NCBI GenBank assembly: GCA_963850905.1
Contig: CAWKMU010000003.1
Span: 1,088,001-1,152,000 of the forward strand
Origin: an uncultured Gemmatimonadales bacterium
Lineage (GTDB): Bacteria; Gemmatimonadota; Gemmatimonadetes; Gemmatimonadales; Gemmatimonadaceae
Reading direction: 5' to 3'
Length of the DNA: 64,000 bases
This document shows positions 47,796 to 57,218 of this stretch, piece by piece. A model generated the notes under the pieces. It made no database searches. It saw only the letters and a list, made by a program, of their open reading frames with translations, and was not told the origin of the DNA. The translations under genes and the position numbers were made by a program. The first letter of the stretch is position 1; every line of letters begins with the position of its first letter.

Positions 47796-50700
47796 GAGCG
47801 AAAACACGTCGCGGCATTCATGCCGCCCGCCGATCAGTGGCGATCGCGATCTTCTCGAGCGGCTGCGGCGCCATGCCAATCGTGGCATTCGCCCAATCAG
47901 GCACAGGGCCGATGCCCGATGCGGGATACGCGGCGCTACGGTGGCGGCTCGTGGGTCCGTCTCGCGGCGGTCGCGCACTCGCGATCGAGGGGATTCCCGG
48001 CGATCCGTCGACGTTCTACTTCGGTGCGGTGGCGGGCGGCGTCTGGCGCACACGCAACGCCGGCGTCACCTGGCAGCCGCTGACCGACGGACAGCCGTTC
48101 GCATCCGTCGGTGCGCTCGCGATCGCCCCCTCGGATCCGAACACGATCTATGTCGGGTCGGGCGAAGCCGACATGCGCTCCGACATCACGTACGGCCAGG
48201 GCATGTGGAAGTCGACCGATGCGGGCGCGCATTGGCAATCGATCGGCCTCGCCAACACGCGCCAGATCGGTCGCATTCTCGTCGATCCGCACAACGCGAA
48301 CGTCCTCCTCGTCGCGGCGCTCGGGCACGCCTATGCCGGCAACCCGGAGCGAGGCGTTTTCCGGTCGACCGACGGCGGACAGAGCTGGAGCAAGGTGTTG
48401 TATCGGGATGAACACACCGGCGCGATCGACCTCGCCTTCGACCCGACTGATCCTCGCGTGGTCTACGCCGCGCTGTGGCAAGCGCAGCGGACGCCGTGGA
48501 GCCAGTATCCGCCGGCCGAGGGTCCGGGGAGCGGCATCTACAAGTCCAGCGACGGTGGTGTCACGTGGACCGAGATCACGGGACACGGACTTCCCACGGG
48601 GCAGCTCGGCCGCATCGGACTGGCAGTGGCCCGCGGGTCGGGCGGCGCGATCGTCTACGCGCTCTTTCCCGAGGTGCGCGACAGCGCGGCGGGACTCTAT
48701 CGCTCCGATGATGGCGGAGCTTCGTGGCGGCGCGCGGGCGGCGATCCGCGCATCGGGCGTGGGTGGTACTTCGGCCAAGTGTTCGTCGATCCTACGGACG
48801 CGAATGTGTTGTACCTCAACGGGCAGTCCATCCTCAAGTCCGTCGATGGCGGTCGGACATACACTGCCATCAAGGGCGCGCCGGGCGGCGACGACTATCA
48901 CTACGTCTGGATCGACCCAACCAATCCGCGCCGCCTCGCGTTCGCCAGCGACCAGGGCGTGGGGGTGAGTCTCGACGGCGGCGAGACATGGAGTGGCTGG
49001 TACAATCAACCGACGGCGCAGTTCTACCACGTGATCACCGATGATCGCTGGCCGTACTGGATCTACGGCGCGCAGCAGGATGCCGGCGCGGTCGGGATCG
49101 CCAGTCGCAGTGACTACGGTGAGATCACGTTTCGTGACTGGCTCCCGCCGGGCAACGGCGAAAGCGGCTACCTCGCGCCCGACCCACGCGACTCGACGAT
49201 CATCTATGGAGGTGGGCCGTACGGAGAAGTCGTACGCATTCGATCGGACGACGGGTCAGGTGCAGGACATTCGTCCATGGCCGCTCGGCTCCTTTGGACA
49301 GGCGATGCCGGCACGGAAATACCGCTTCACCTGGACGTCGCCGCTCGTCTTCGACCCCGTCGACAAGCGCACGTTGTACTTCGGCTCGCAGATCCTGCTG
49401 CGCACGACCGATGGAGGATTGCACTGGGAGGAAGCGAGCCCCGATTTGACTGGGGCAGCGCCGATGGCCCAACGTCCCAGCGGGCCGCCGACGGTCGCCG
49501 ATGCGTCCGCGAAAGGATGGGGCGTGATTTACACCGTCGCGCCGTCGCCGATTCGCGAAGGGCTCATCTGGGTCGGGACAGACAATGGACGGATCCAGGT
49601 CACGACGGATCGCGGTCTCCACTGGCGAGACGTCACACCTCCTGGCATGGAGCCTTGGAGCAAGGTCAGCATCATCGATGCGTCGAAGCTCGATAGCGGC
49701 ACCGCCTACGCCGCGGTCGACCGCCATCGACTCGACGACATCGGACCATACATCTATCGCACGCACGACATGGGCCGGCAGTGGACGCGAGCCGACCAGG
49801 GGATCCCAGCGGGCGCGTACGTGCGCGCCGTGCGGGCCGATCCTGTGCGACGGGGTTTGCTCTATGCCGGAACCGAGCTCGGTGTGTTCGTGTCATTCGA
49901 TGACGGTGACCATTGGCAGTCGTTGCAGCTCAATCTGCCGCTTGCCCCGGTGCACGATCTCGTCGTGCACGGGGTCGACCTCATCGCCGCCACGCACGGT
50001 CGTTCCTTCTGGGTGCTGGACGACATTACACCGCTCCGTCAGGTGACGTCGGCAGTCCTGCAGGCGCCAGTTCGGCTCGCGCGACCATCGATGGCGGTCC
50101 GTCTGCGGCAGAGTGAAAACAGCGACACCCCGCTCCCCCCGGAAGTCCCACATGGCGACAACGCGCCGACGGGCGCTCTGATCGACTACTGGCTCGCGTC
50201 GCGACCGAGCGACGCGGTGCGGCTCGAGATTCTCGATGCGTCGGGTCACGTCGTGCGCCGCTTTGCGAGTGACCAGCCCACGGACACCGTGCGAGCCTAC
50301 GAGCCCAGCGCGCCGCCGTACTTCATGACGCGTTGGTTGCCACGGCTCGAGCCACTCACGGCGAACGCGGGTCACAACCGGTTTGTCTGGGACTTGCGCC
50401 TGCCGCGACCTTCCGCTCGGAGCTACGAATACAGCAGCGGGGTGGTTCCAGGCCGTGGCGCCGAAATCGAACCGGCCGGCCCCCTGGTCGTGCCCGGCCA
50501 GTATCAGGTGCGCCTCACGGTCGGGGGCGAGACGCAAACCCAACCCCTGGTCGTCACATTGGATCCGCGAGAGCGCGCCTCTGCGACGGCGCTCGAGGCC
50601 CAGTTCGTCCTCGCCTCGCAGGTCGCCACTGCGTTGAGCGAAGCGAGCGCCTTGGATCGTTCTGTGCGTGGCATCCACGATTCCCTGACGGCGCGACGCG

Positions 50701-50942
50701 CCGGTGCACCGCCGGCCATCGGCGACGCAATGACGAAGCTGCAAAGCACGCTCGACTCGCTGGATGTCGGCGAGACGACCAGTGGGCTTGTCGCGCTGGA
50801 AAAAACCGTCGGAGGGGCGGATCGCATGCCGACCGCGTCGATGCAGAATGTCTACACGACCCTTCGATCGCAGCTCACAGCGCAACAGAAACGCTGGCGC
50901 GACGCGGTCCACGAGGTGGCAAGTGCCGCTTCGCGGCCCTAG
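47792..50942 (+). pseudogene. Second VPS10/BNR-repeat protein with a +1 frameshift (likely assembly error)
   Basis: ATGA overlap with the previous gene and the same motifs. Removing the A at 49238 joins ...GEVVR to FDRTTGQ.... Confidence 0.8.
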
Positions 50943-50954
50943 TGAGTAGACGTT

Positions 50955-51004
50955 CAGAAAGTAGAGAGTAGATGAAGCGCTGTTCGTCTACTCTCTGCTT
51001 TCTG
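50955..51004. repeat. Long hairpin with 7-bp periodic arms, possible bidirectional terminator
   Basis: CAGAAAGTAGAGAGTAGATGAA and TTCGTCTACTCTCTGCTTTCTG (20/22 complementary) between convergent genes. Confidence 0.65.
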
Positions 51005-51037
51005 TGGTGCTACTCTCTACGGCTGCGACAGCGGCCG

Positions 51038-51886
51038 TCACGGTCTATCACACATCACCACGCGTTCACTGTCCGGCCGGACATGGTCGGCCGCGGTCTT
51101 TGGCTGCTTTTTGGGCTGGCCGACGTAGACGACGCAGCTCTTGCCAGGCAGGTCGGACGTCGTCGCTCGCGCGGCCCAGCCATGATCGTTTTCGTCCAGC
51201 AGCGTGACATGAACGGGTGTCACGGGGTGGTACCCCACGGTCGTGAAGTCCTTCGAGTACTTGCCGGTTTCGGAGTGGTAGGTCTGCTCCGCAGTGAGCA
51301 GCCCACCGAGCTCACGACGCAGCGCGTCCGCGATGTCGGCGGGGGTTGCCGGCGCAGCGGACCGGTCTCGCTGGCGACGCGCGCCATCGACCAACCGGGT
51401 CGCGTCAGCCATGAGTTGCATTGCACGTGCGAACACCGCTCCAGTGGTGACGGGGTGAATCGTGTGCCCGGGGTCTACCCATCGCACGAGGTAGCCGCGA
51501 TAGAAGTAGAACCGCACCTCCGGATCGTGTGGTGTCTTGCCGTCGTCCGTGCGCACGCGAGCGCGGATTTCGAACGGGGCGCCGTCCCAGAAGTAGTAGG
51601 ACACGGTCGCGTGTCCGCCGGTCCCGGCATAGCTCGCCACGATCGTACGCAACGTGTCGCCTTCGAATGCGGCCGTGAGCCGGCCACGGCCCACCGGCCA
51701 CCGCTCGAGGCCGACGCTGTCCAAACTGGTTTCGTACTGCCTGTAATGGAGCGTGTTGTCGTTGATCAGCTTGTAGCGCGCGCGGAGGATGCGCATCGCC
51801 GAATCGGCCCGTTGGCCCCTTGCGGCCGACGGCTGAGCGGTCAGTGTGACCGAAGCGACGATGAGAAGCGCGACTCGGAGCGTCAT
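51038..51886 (-). CDS. Secreted hypothetical protein with C-terminal pilin-head-like domain
   Basis: Signal peptide; C-terminal LRRELGGLLTAEQTYHSETGKY...GWAARAT...SCVVYVG...C. Confidence 0.6.
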   Translation of the reverse strand: MTLRVALLIVASVTLTAQPSAARGQRADSAMRILRARYKLINDNTLHYRQYETSLDSVGLERWPVGRGRLTAAFEGDTLRTIVASYAGTGGHATVSYYFWDGAPFEIRARVRTDDGKTPHDPEVRFYFYRGYLVRWVDPGHTIHPVTTGAVFARAMQLMADATRLVDGARRQRDRSAAPATPADIADALRRELGGLLTAEQTYHSETGKYSKDFTTVGYHPVTPVHVTLLDENDHGWAARATTSDLPGKSCVVYVGQPKKQPKTAADHVRPDSERVVMCDRP

Positions 51887-51936
51887 GCTTCATGGGGACG
51901 AATAGCAGGGCGGTGGGATAACGCGCCATTCAATCC

Positions 51937-53586
51937 CTACTGCTTCACCCCCGCCTCTTTCTCCGCCATTTGGATCGCGGCGTACGCATTCACGATCCCG
52001 CCGCTCACGGAGAGCGAACCGAATGGAACGCGCTCGCCGTCTGGTGAGCCGGGGCGCACGACCATGCGGTCGGGGTATCGCGTGGCCGACGCGAGGATGA
52101 TGCGCTTGACGTCGGCCGCCGTCAGCGTGGGGTAGTACGCAAAGAGGAGTGCAGCGAGACCGCTGACAACCGGCGACGCCATGCTGGTGCCGCTCTCGCG
52201 TTCGAAGCGGTTGCCCGGAACGGTCGACAGAATGTCGACGCCCGGTGCAAAGACGTCGACTCGGTCGTGACTGTAATTGCTGAACGATGCGGCCAGGCTG
52301 TCTCCGCCGTGCCACGACGACGCACCAACCTCGATCCAGTTCTGCGCGCGGCCTCCATCCTCATATCGCGGGCTCGGGAAGTTCGGTGCGTCATCTTCGT
52401 TCGCGCCTTCGTTGCCGGCAGCGTGCACCATCAACACCCCGTGGGTATCGGCATAACGGACTGCTGCGTCGACCGTCGGTTTCTCGGGCGAGAAGCCTTT
52501 GCCGAAGCTCATGTTGATGACGCGAGCACCGTGATCGACCGCGTACCGGATCGCGTTGGCGACATCTTTGTCCCGCTCATCGCCATCGGGGATCGCCCGC
52601 ACCATCATGATCTTGACCGGCGAGGCGATGCCATCGACGCCGTGCTGGTCGTCGCGGGCGGCGCCAATGATGCCCGAGACGTGCGTGCCATGCTCGGCAT
52701 CGGGCCCCATGATATCGGCACTTCCGTAGCCCGATTCAGACACGTCGCGGTAGTGGTCGCCCACGACGACACGCGCGTCGAACGACGGATTGAGCCCGTG
52801 CTCCAGGTCCGACCGGAGTTGGGTCTCAGCCTCCCCGATCGTGCTCGACGTCAGCCCGTGAGACGCGAGCGCCAGGTAGATGCGGCGCGCTTGCGCAGTT
52901 GCGCTATCGTACGGGTGAAGTGCCTCGACTTTCGCCGGGGTCAGGGAGTCGCCGCCGAGCGCGTGCGCGAGCAGCGCGGTGGCACGGTTCAGCGCCTCGC
53001 CGATCTCACCCGCACGTTCGAGCTCCTGCTGCGCGGTGGCGCGCCGTGCCGTGAACTCCGAATCGATCGCCGGGCAACGTGCGGCGATCGGCGAGGGCAG
53101 GGGATTCGATGAGTCGCTCCCCTGGTTCTTGCAGCGCACAGCCACCCGCGTCAGCTCGTACGTGTCCCAATGGACGGCGCCCGTGGGGCCGGCGATGAAA
53201 TCCCAGCCATGTACATTGCCCGGGTGGCCGTCGGCGCCTGGATGTGGGTTCGTCCACAAACTCGAGCGGAGATCGGCGTTGGCGGTATCGACGCCGCCAT
53301 CGATGACGGCGACAAGCACTGGCTGCGGCGTCTTGCCACGCAACAGTTCCCGCTCTGCACGGTCTAGACTGATCCCCGGCAGGTGGTCGGTGGTCATATC
53401 GAGGCGCTGCCATTCGGCGGGTGCTTCGCCCGGCGCAGTGGCCACCGACGCGGAGGCCGCAGGCGGCGTCGACGCCGCGGTCGGGGCGGGCGCGGGACTC
53501 GGAGGGGTAGCCGGATGTCCAGCCCCACCCGTGCTGCAACCCGCAGCCGCGAGCAAGGCGACGCTAATGGAAAGGCGAAAATGCAT
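51937..53586 (-). CDS. S8 family (subtilisin-like) serine peptidase, lipoprotein
   Basis: Lipobox AAGC, VAVIDGG, HGTHVSG, AAGN, SGTSMASP. Confidence 0.93.
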   Translation of the reverse strand: MHFRLSISVALLAAAGCSTGGAGHPATPPSPAPAPTAASTPPAASASVATAPGEAPAEWQRLDMTTDHLPGISLDRAERELLRGKTPQPVLVAVIDGGVDTANADLRSSLWTNPHPGADGHPGNVHGWDFIAGPTGAVHWDTYELTRVAVRCKNQGSDSSNPLPSPIAARCPAIDSEFTARRATAQQELERAGEIGEALNRATALLAHALGGDSLTPAKVEALHPYDSATAQARRIYLALASHGLTSSTIGEAETQLRSDLEHGLNPSFDARVVVGDHYRDVSESGYGSADIMGPDAEHGTHVSGIIGAARDDQHGVDGIASPVKIMMVRAIPDGDERDKDVANAIRYAVDHGARVINMSFGKGFSPEKPTVDAAVRYADTHGVLMVHAAGNEGANEDDAPNFPSPRYEDGGRAQNWIEVGASSWHGGDSLAASFSNYSHDRVDVFAPGVDILSTVPGNRFERESGTSMASPVVSGLAALLFAYYPTLTAADVKRIILASATRYPDRMVVRPGSPDGERVPFGSLSVSGGIVNAYAAIQMAEKEAGVKQ

Positions 53587-53773
53587 AGGGCGAAGGTTAA
53601 TCGGCAGCAGATGGTGAACAACCGGGTACGGCGCTAAGATGCCCGAGACAGGAGTCGTGTGTCAGCGCAGTGTTAGCTCCTGCCTGATCAGGGCAACGCT
53701 CGAAGCGGCGCTCGGGATCTAAGCTCGAAATCGCGGTGTGGCCTCGGTTGTCCACCTTTAGCCCCGTCTCCCC

Positions 53774-54367
53774 ATGCTCAACGCACGCGTGTTCCACTCA
53801 GCTCTCGTCGCCGCGGTCGGCCTTCTGCCGGCGTTCGCTGGCGCGCAGATGTCCAACACCTCCAATGGTCAAAGCGTGCCCAACAGCGCAGACGCGGCCG
53901 AGGTGCGCAAACAGTTCATGGACGACCTGGACACCCTGCACACCAAGTTCGTGGCGTTGGCCAATGCGTTTCCCGCGGACAAGTTCGCGTGGCGGCCGCA
54001 ACCGGGCGTTCGGTCGGTCGGAGAGGTGTTCATGCATGTCGCGAGCGAGTACTACGTGTACACGCCGATGGCCTACGGCGCCACGCCATCACCGGCCGTT
54101 GCACCCACCGACGCGGCGATGAAGAAGTTCGAGGCGGAGTCCACCAAGCCCGACGTGCTCAAGCATCTCGCCGACGGATTTGCCTACTGCAAGCGCGTGC
54201 TGTCGGCCGAGGATCCCGCGACCATAGCTGGCGAACACAAGTTGTTCGGTGGCCAGCACACTGTCATCGAAACCTCCTTCGGGATGGGCGGCGATCTCCA
54301 CGAGCATCTGGGCCAGCTCATCGCGTACGCGCGCATGAACGGCATCACTCCGCCGTGGAGTAAGTGA
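53774..54367 (+). CDS. DinB family protein, secreted
   Basis: Signal peptide, WRPQPGVRSVGEVFMH, HEHLGQLIAYARMNGITPPW. Confidence 0.88.
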   Translation: MLNARVFHSALVAAVGLLPAFAGAQMSNTSNGQSVPNSADAAEVRKQFMDDLDTLHTKFVALANAFPADKFAWRPQPGVRSVGEVFMHVASEYYVYTPMAYGATPSPAVAPTDAAMKKFEAESTKPDVLKHLADGFAYCKRVLSAEDPATIAGEHKLFGGQHTVIETSFGMGGDLHEHLGQLIAYARMNGITPPWSK

Positions 54368-54377
54368 TTGAACGGCG

Positions 54378-54478
54378 GACGTTAGATGCTGGACGTTGGA
54401 CGCTGGAACAAACCCCGAGGGCCTGTCACGCTGCACGTGACCGGCCCTCAGGTGTTAGTTGTCCCGCATCCAGCGTCT
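54378..54478. repeat. Heptamer-armed element (GACGYTR type), degenerate right arm
   Basis: GACGTTA GATGCTG GACGTTG GACGCTG, then GAACAAACCCCGAGGGCC...GGCCCTC, then TCCAGCGTC. Confidence 0.75.
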
Positions 54479-54563
54479 GTTGTCGGAACTGACAAAACTT
54501 CCTGTCTAATGTAGCTTCCCCTCCAGGTGGCTGCGGGCAGGAGAACGTCCAGACGGAGGGGCT

Positions 54564-54995
54564 ATGGCGGACATCATCATGCAGTTTCCGGTGAAGGCGA
54601 GCGCGGCCCGGGTGTTCCAGGCCGTCAGCACACCGCAGGGACTCGACACGTGGTGGACGAAACGCTGCACGGGCGAGCCGAAACTCGGCGCCGCGTATGG
54701 CCTCCACTTCGGTGCCGGATACGACTGGCACGCACGCGTCACCAAGTGCGCCCCGCCGCGTGAGTTCGAGCTACAAGTAGGCGAGTCGCACGACGACTGG
54801 CTGAACACGCGGGTCAACGTCCAGCTGTCCGAGAAGGGCGGCACGACGACCGTGCAGTTCTCCCACACCGGCTGGCCGTCCGCCAACGAGCACTGGCGGG
54901 TCTCGGCCTATTGCTGGGCGATGTATCTGCGCATCATGAGCCGCAACATCGAGCATGGCGAGTCCGTGCCTTACGAGCAGCGACTGAGCGTGTGA
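54564..54995 (+). CDS. SRPBCC/AHSA1 domain protein
   Basis: GGAGG RBS, VFQAVSTPQGLDTWW, VQFSHTGW, WAMYL. Confidence 0.85.
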   Translation: MADIIMQFPVKASAARVFQAVSTPQGLDTWWTKRCTGEPKLGAAYGLHFGAGYDWHARVTKCAPPREFELQVGESHDDWLNTRVNVQLSEKGGTTTVQFSHTGWPSANEHWRVSAYCWAMYLRIMSRNIEHGESVPYEQRLSV

Positions 54996-55048
54996 GCGCG
55001 TGAGAGGGTCGCCGGTACCGACCCGCAGGGGCGACCCGAGCGCCGCGC

Positions 55049-55753
55049 CTACCTGTTCGGGTGCCCTCGGCGAATCGGCGTGACGATGCCCAGCACGACG
55101 AGATACACCGATAGCACGATGCATGTCAGCCACTCCCAGAACGCGAAGCTGAGATAGACCGGCACGCCGCGCGCGCGCCAGGAGAGTCCGACCCAGTGCA
55201 GCTCCGGCAGCACGTAATACACGTAGGCTTGGGCGATACCGGCGAGGACGATCGGAGCGGCCAGCAGTCCGGCCAGGGCCAGACCAACGGTGTGCCGACG
55301 CGCGCCTTCACGTGCCCCCACGGTGCGCCCGACGAGATCCAGCGTCAGTCCCAAGAGACCGACGCACAGGCCGGTGAATGCCAGCAGCGTCAGGATCTCG
55401 TGTCCCTTGGGAATGCCTGGCAGGGAAAGGGGTAGCACACCCGCGCCGATCATGCACGCCGAGCCCCAGCGCAGCCAGTCCAGCGCCTTCGGCCGCGATG
55501 CACTCTCGGATTTCGCGCCTCGCGGTGCCGCGAGCGTGAGGGTCCAACACAGCACTGCGAGTCCGCAGAGGCCAATCCCGGCCGCAGCCCACGCCCGCCC
55601 CGAGGGGTTGTCCCGAGGAGATAGCAGGACCGACATCGTCTGATAACGCCAATCGAATTCGCCCGGATATCGTCGCGCGGCCATGACGATACCCGTCCAC
55701 AACGCCAGGGCGCCGAGCGGCGCCAACGCCCCGCGAGCCCCAGCTGTCGCCAA
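55049..55753 (-). CDS. Hypothetical integral membrane protein
   Basis: Several TM segments; lies 3 nt after the GH27 stop. Confidence 0.6.
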   Translation of the reverse strand: MATAGARGALAPLGALALWTGIVMAARRYPGEFDWRYQTMSVLLSPRDNPSGRAWAAAGIGLCGLAVLCWTLTLAAPRGAKSESASRPKALDWLRWGSACMIGAGVLPLSLPGIPKGHEILTLLAFTGLCVGLLGLTLDLVGRTVGAREGARRHTVGLALAGLLAAPIVLAGIAQAYVYYVLPELHWVGLSWRARGVPVYLSFAFWEWLTCIVLSVYLVVLGIVTPIRRGHPNR

Positions 55754-55756
55754 CCG

Positions 55757-57007
55757 CTATCGAGCCATCATGCGAACCATCGCCACGCCGTGCGGTGGTA
55801 CCGCAGTAGAAAACTTCTTCGCGAACGCACCGAGGTCGGCGTGCGACCACAGGTCGCGGACGAGCACGGTGTCCCGACGAATGCCGACGCGTTCGAAGGT
55901 TGCCGTAATCGTGGCCTGTGTGTCGGCGCGGTTGAGGAGCGCGACCGCGAACGCGCCGCCCTGGAGCGGCTTGGACCACACTTGCAGCGCGGGCGGCGCT
56001 TCCCACACGAGGATGCCCTGCTTGCCCAGGCCGTCCTGATCGACCGCGATCACCTCGCGATTCGTCAGGATCGTCGTGGTGGCGGGGGACATGCCGCGCA
56101 GATCGTTCCCGGCGATGAGCGGCGCCGCCATCAGTGCCCACAAGCTGAAATGGGCGCGGTACTCGTTGTCAGTCATGCCACCATTCCCGACCTCGAGCAT
56201 GTCGGGGTCGTTCCACGCGCCCGGGTGGGCGACGTCGGCGTGCTGCGCGGATTGATCGAGATTGTCGAGCATCGACGACCATTTGTCCTCGATGTCATCG
56301 GTCGTTCGCCACAGGTTGCCGACTGCCGGCGCCCATTCCCAAGGTCGGTTGACGCCCCACTCGCAGATACTGAGCACGATCGGCCGCTTCGCCTGTACCA
56401 GGGCCGCCCGGAACTTGGTGTATTGGTCGCGGGCATCGAGACCCTTCGCATGGCACCAATCTTCCTTTACGTAGTCGACGCCCCACTCCGCGTACGTCGC
56501 GGCGTCCTGTTGCTCGTGACCGAGGGTTCCTGGCCGTCCCTGGCACGTCTGGGTGCCGGCATCGGTGTAGATGCCGAACTGCAGGCCGCGGCTGTGCACG
56601 TAGTCGGCGAGGGCTTTGATCCCGTGCGGGAACCGCGCCGAGTCTGCGACGATCGTCCCGTGCGCATCGCGAGATGTCTGCCAGCAGTCGTCGATCACGA
56701 TGTAGCGATAGCCTGCGTCGCGCATGCCACTCGCGACCATCGCGTCGGCCTCGCCGCGGATCATCGAGTCGCTGACGTTGCAGCCAAAATGATTCCAGCT
56801 ATTCCATCCCATTGGCGGAGTCTGAGCAACCTTGGTCTCGCGACACGCAGTTCCGAGCATCACGATGCACATCAGGGCGGCCGCCATCCTGACGCCACCC
56901 GCGGCGACGCGCGCCCGGCGTATGTGCCCGCTCACCCTTCCCATGTGACGTTGCGTATCAGTTCTGCTCATTTCGCTTTTCCTCGCCAGGTCGAGGATGA
57001 GTGACAT
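55757..57007 (-). CDS. Alpha-galactosidase, glycoside hydrolase family 27
   Basis: TPPMGWNSWN, IDDCW, VDYVKEDWC, WRTTDDI, WNDPDMLEVG. The true start may be downstream. Confidence 0.93.
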   Translation of the reverse strand: MSLILDLARKSEMSRTDTQRHMGRVSGHIRRARVAAGGVRMAAALMCIVMLGTACRETKVAQTPPMGWNSWNHFGCNVSDSMIRGEADAMVASGMRDAGYRYIVIDDCWQTSRDAHGTIVADSARFPHGIKALADYVHSRGLQFGIYTDAGTQTCQGRPGTLGHEQQDAATYAEWGVDYVKEDWCHAKGLDARDQYTKFRAALVQAKRPIVLSICEWGVNRPWEWAPAVGNLWRTTDDIEDKWSSMLDNLDQSAQHADVAHPGAWNDPDMLEVGNGGMTDNEYRAHFSLWALMAAPLIAGNDLRGMSPATTTILTNREVIAVDQDGLGKQGILVWEAPPALQVWSKPLQGGAFAVALLNRADTQATITATFERVGIRRDTVLVRDLWSHADLGAFAKKFSTAVPPHGVAMVRMMAR

Positions 57008-57197
57008 TGGCTGTCCGCCGTGCCTGTCGCCAGCTGCCGACCAGCATCGCGAGACCGAATAGCACCATGGTCGCGCCCCACCACACGTCGACTGCGAGGC
57101 CGGCGACGGGTTCCCTATGAGGACCTACGCCGTAGCCAAGCAGCAGCGCTCCGATCACCGCGCAGAGCACCCCAATCGGCAGCCGAACGTCCAACAT
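56958..57197 (-). CDS. Small two-TM membrane protein associated with the symporter
   Basis: LDVRLPIG...GYG...VDVWWG...FG, immediately downstream of the symporter gene. Confidence 0.7.
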   Translation of the reverse strand: MLDVRLPIGVLCAVIGALLLGYGVGPHREPVAGLAVDVWWGATMVLFGLAMLVGSWRQARRTANVTHPRPGEEKRNEQN

Positions 57198-57218
57198 GGG
57201 TGTCAATGTCGGTACCTC

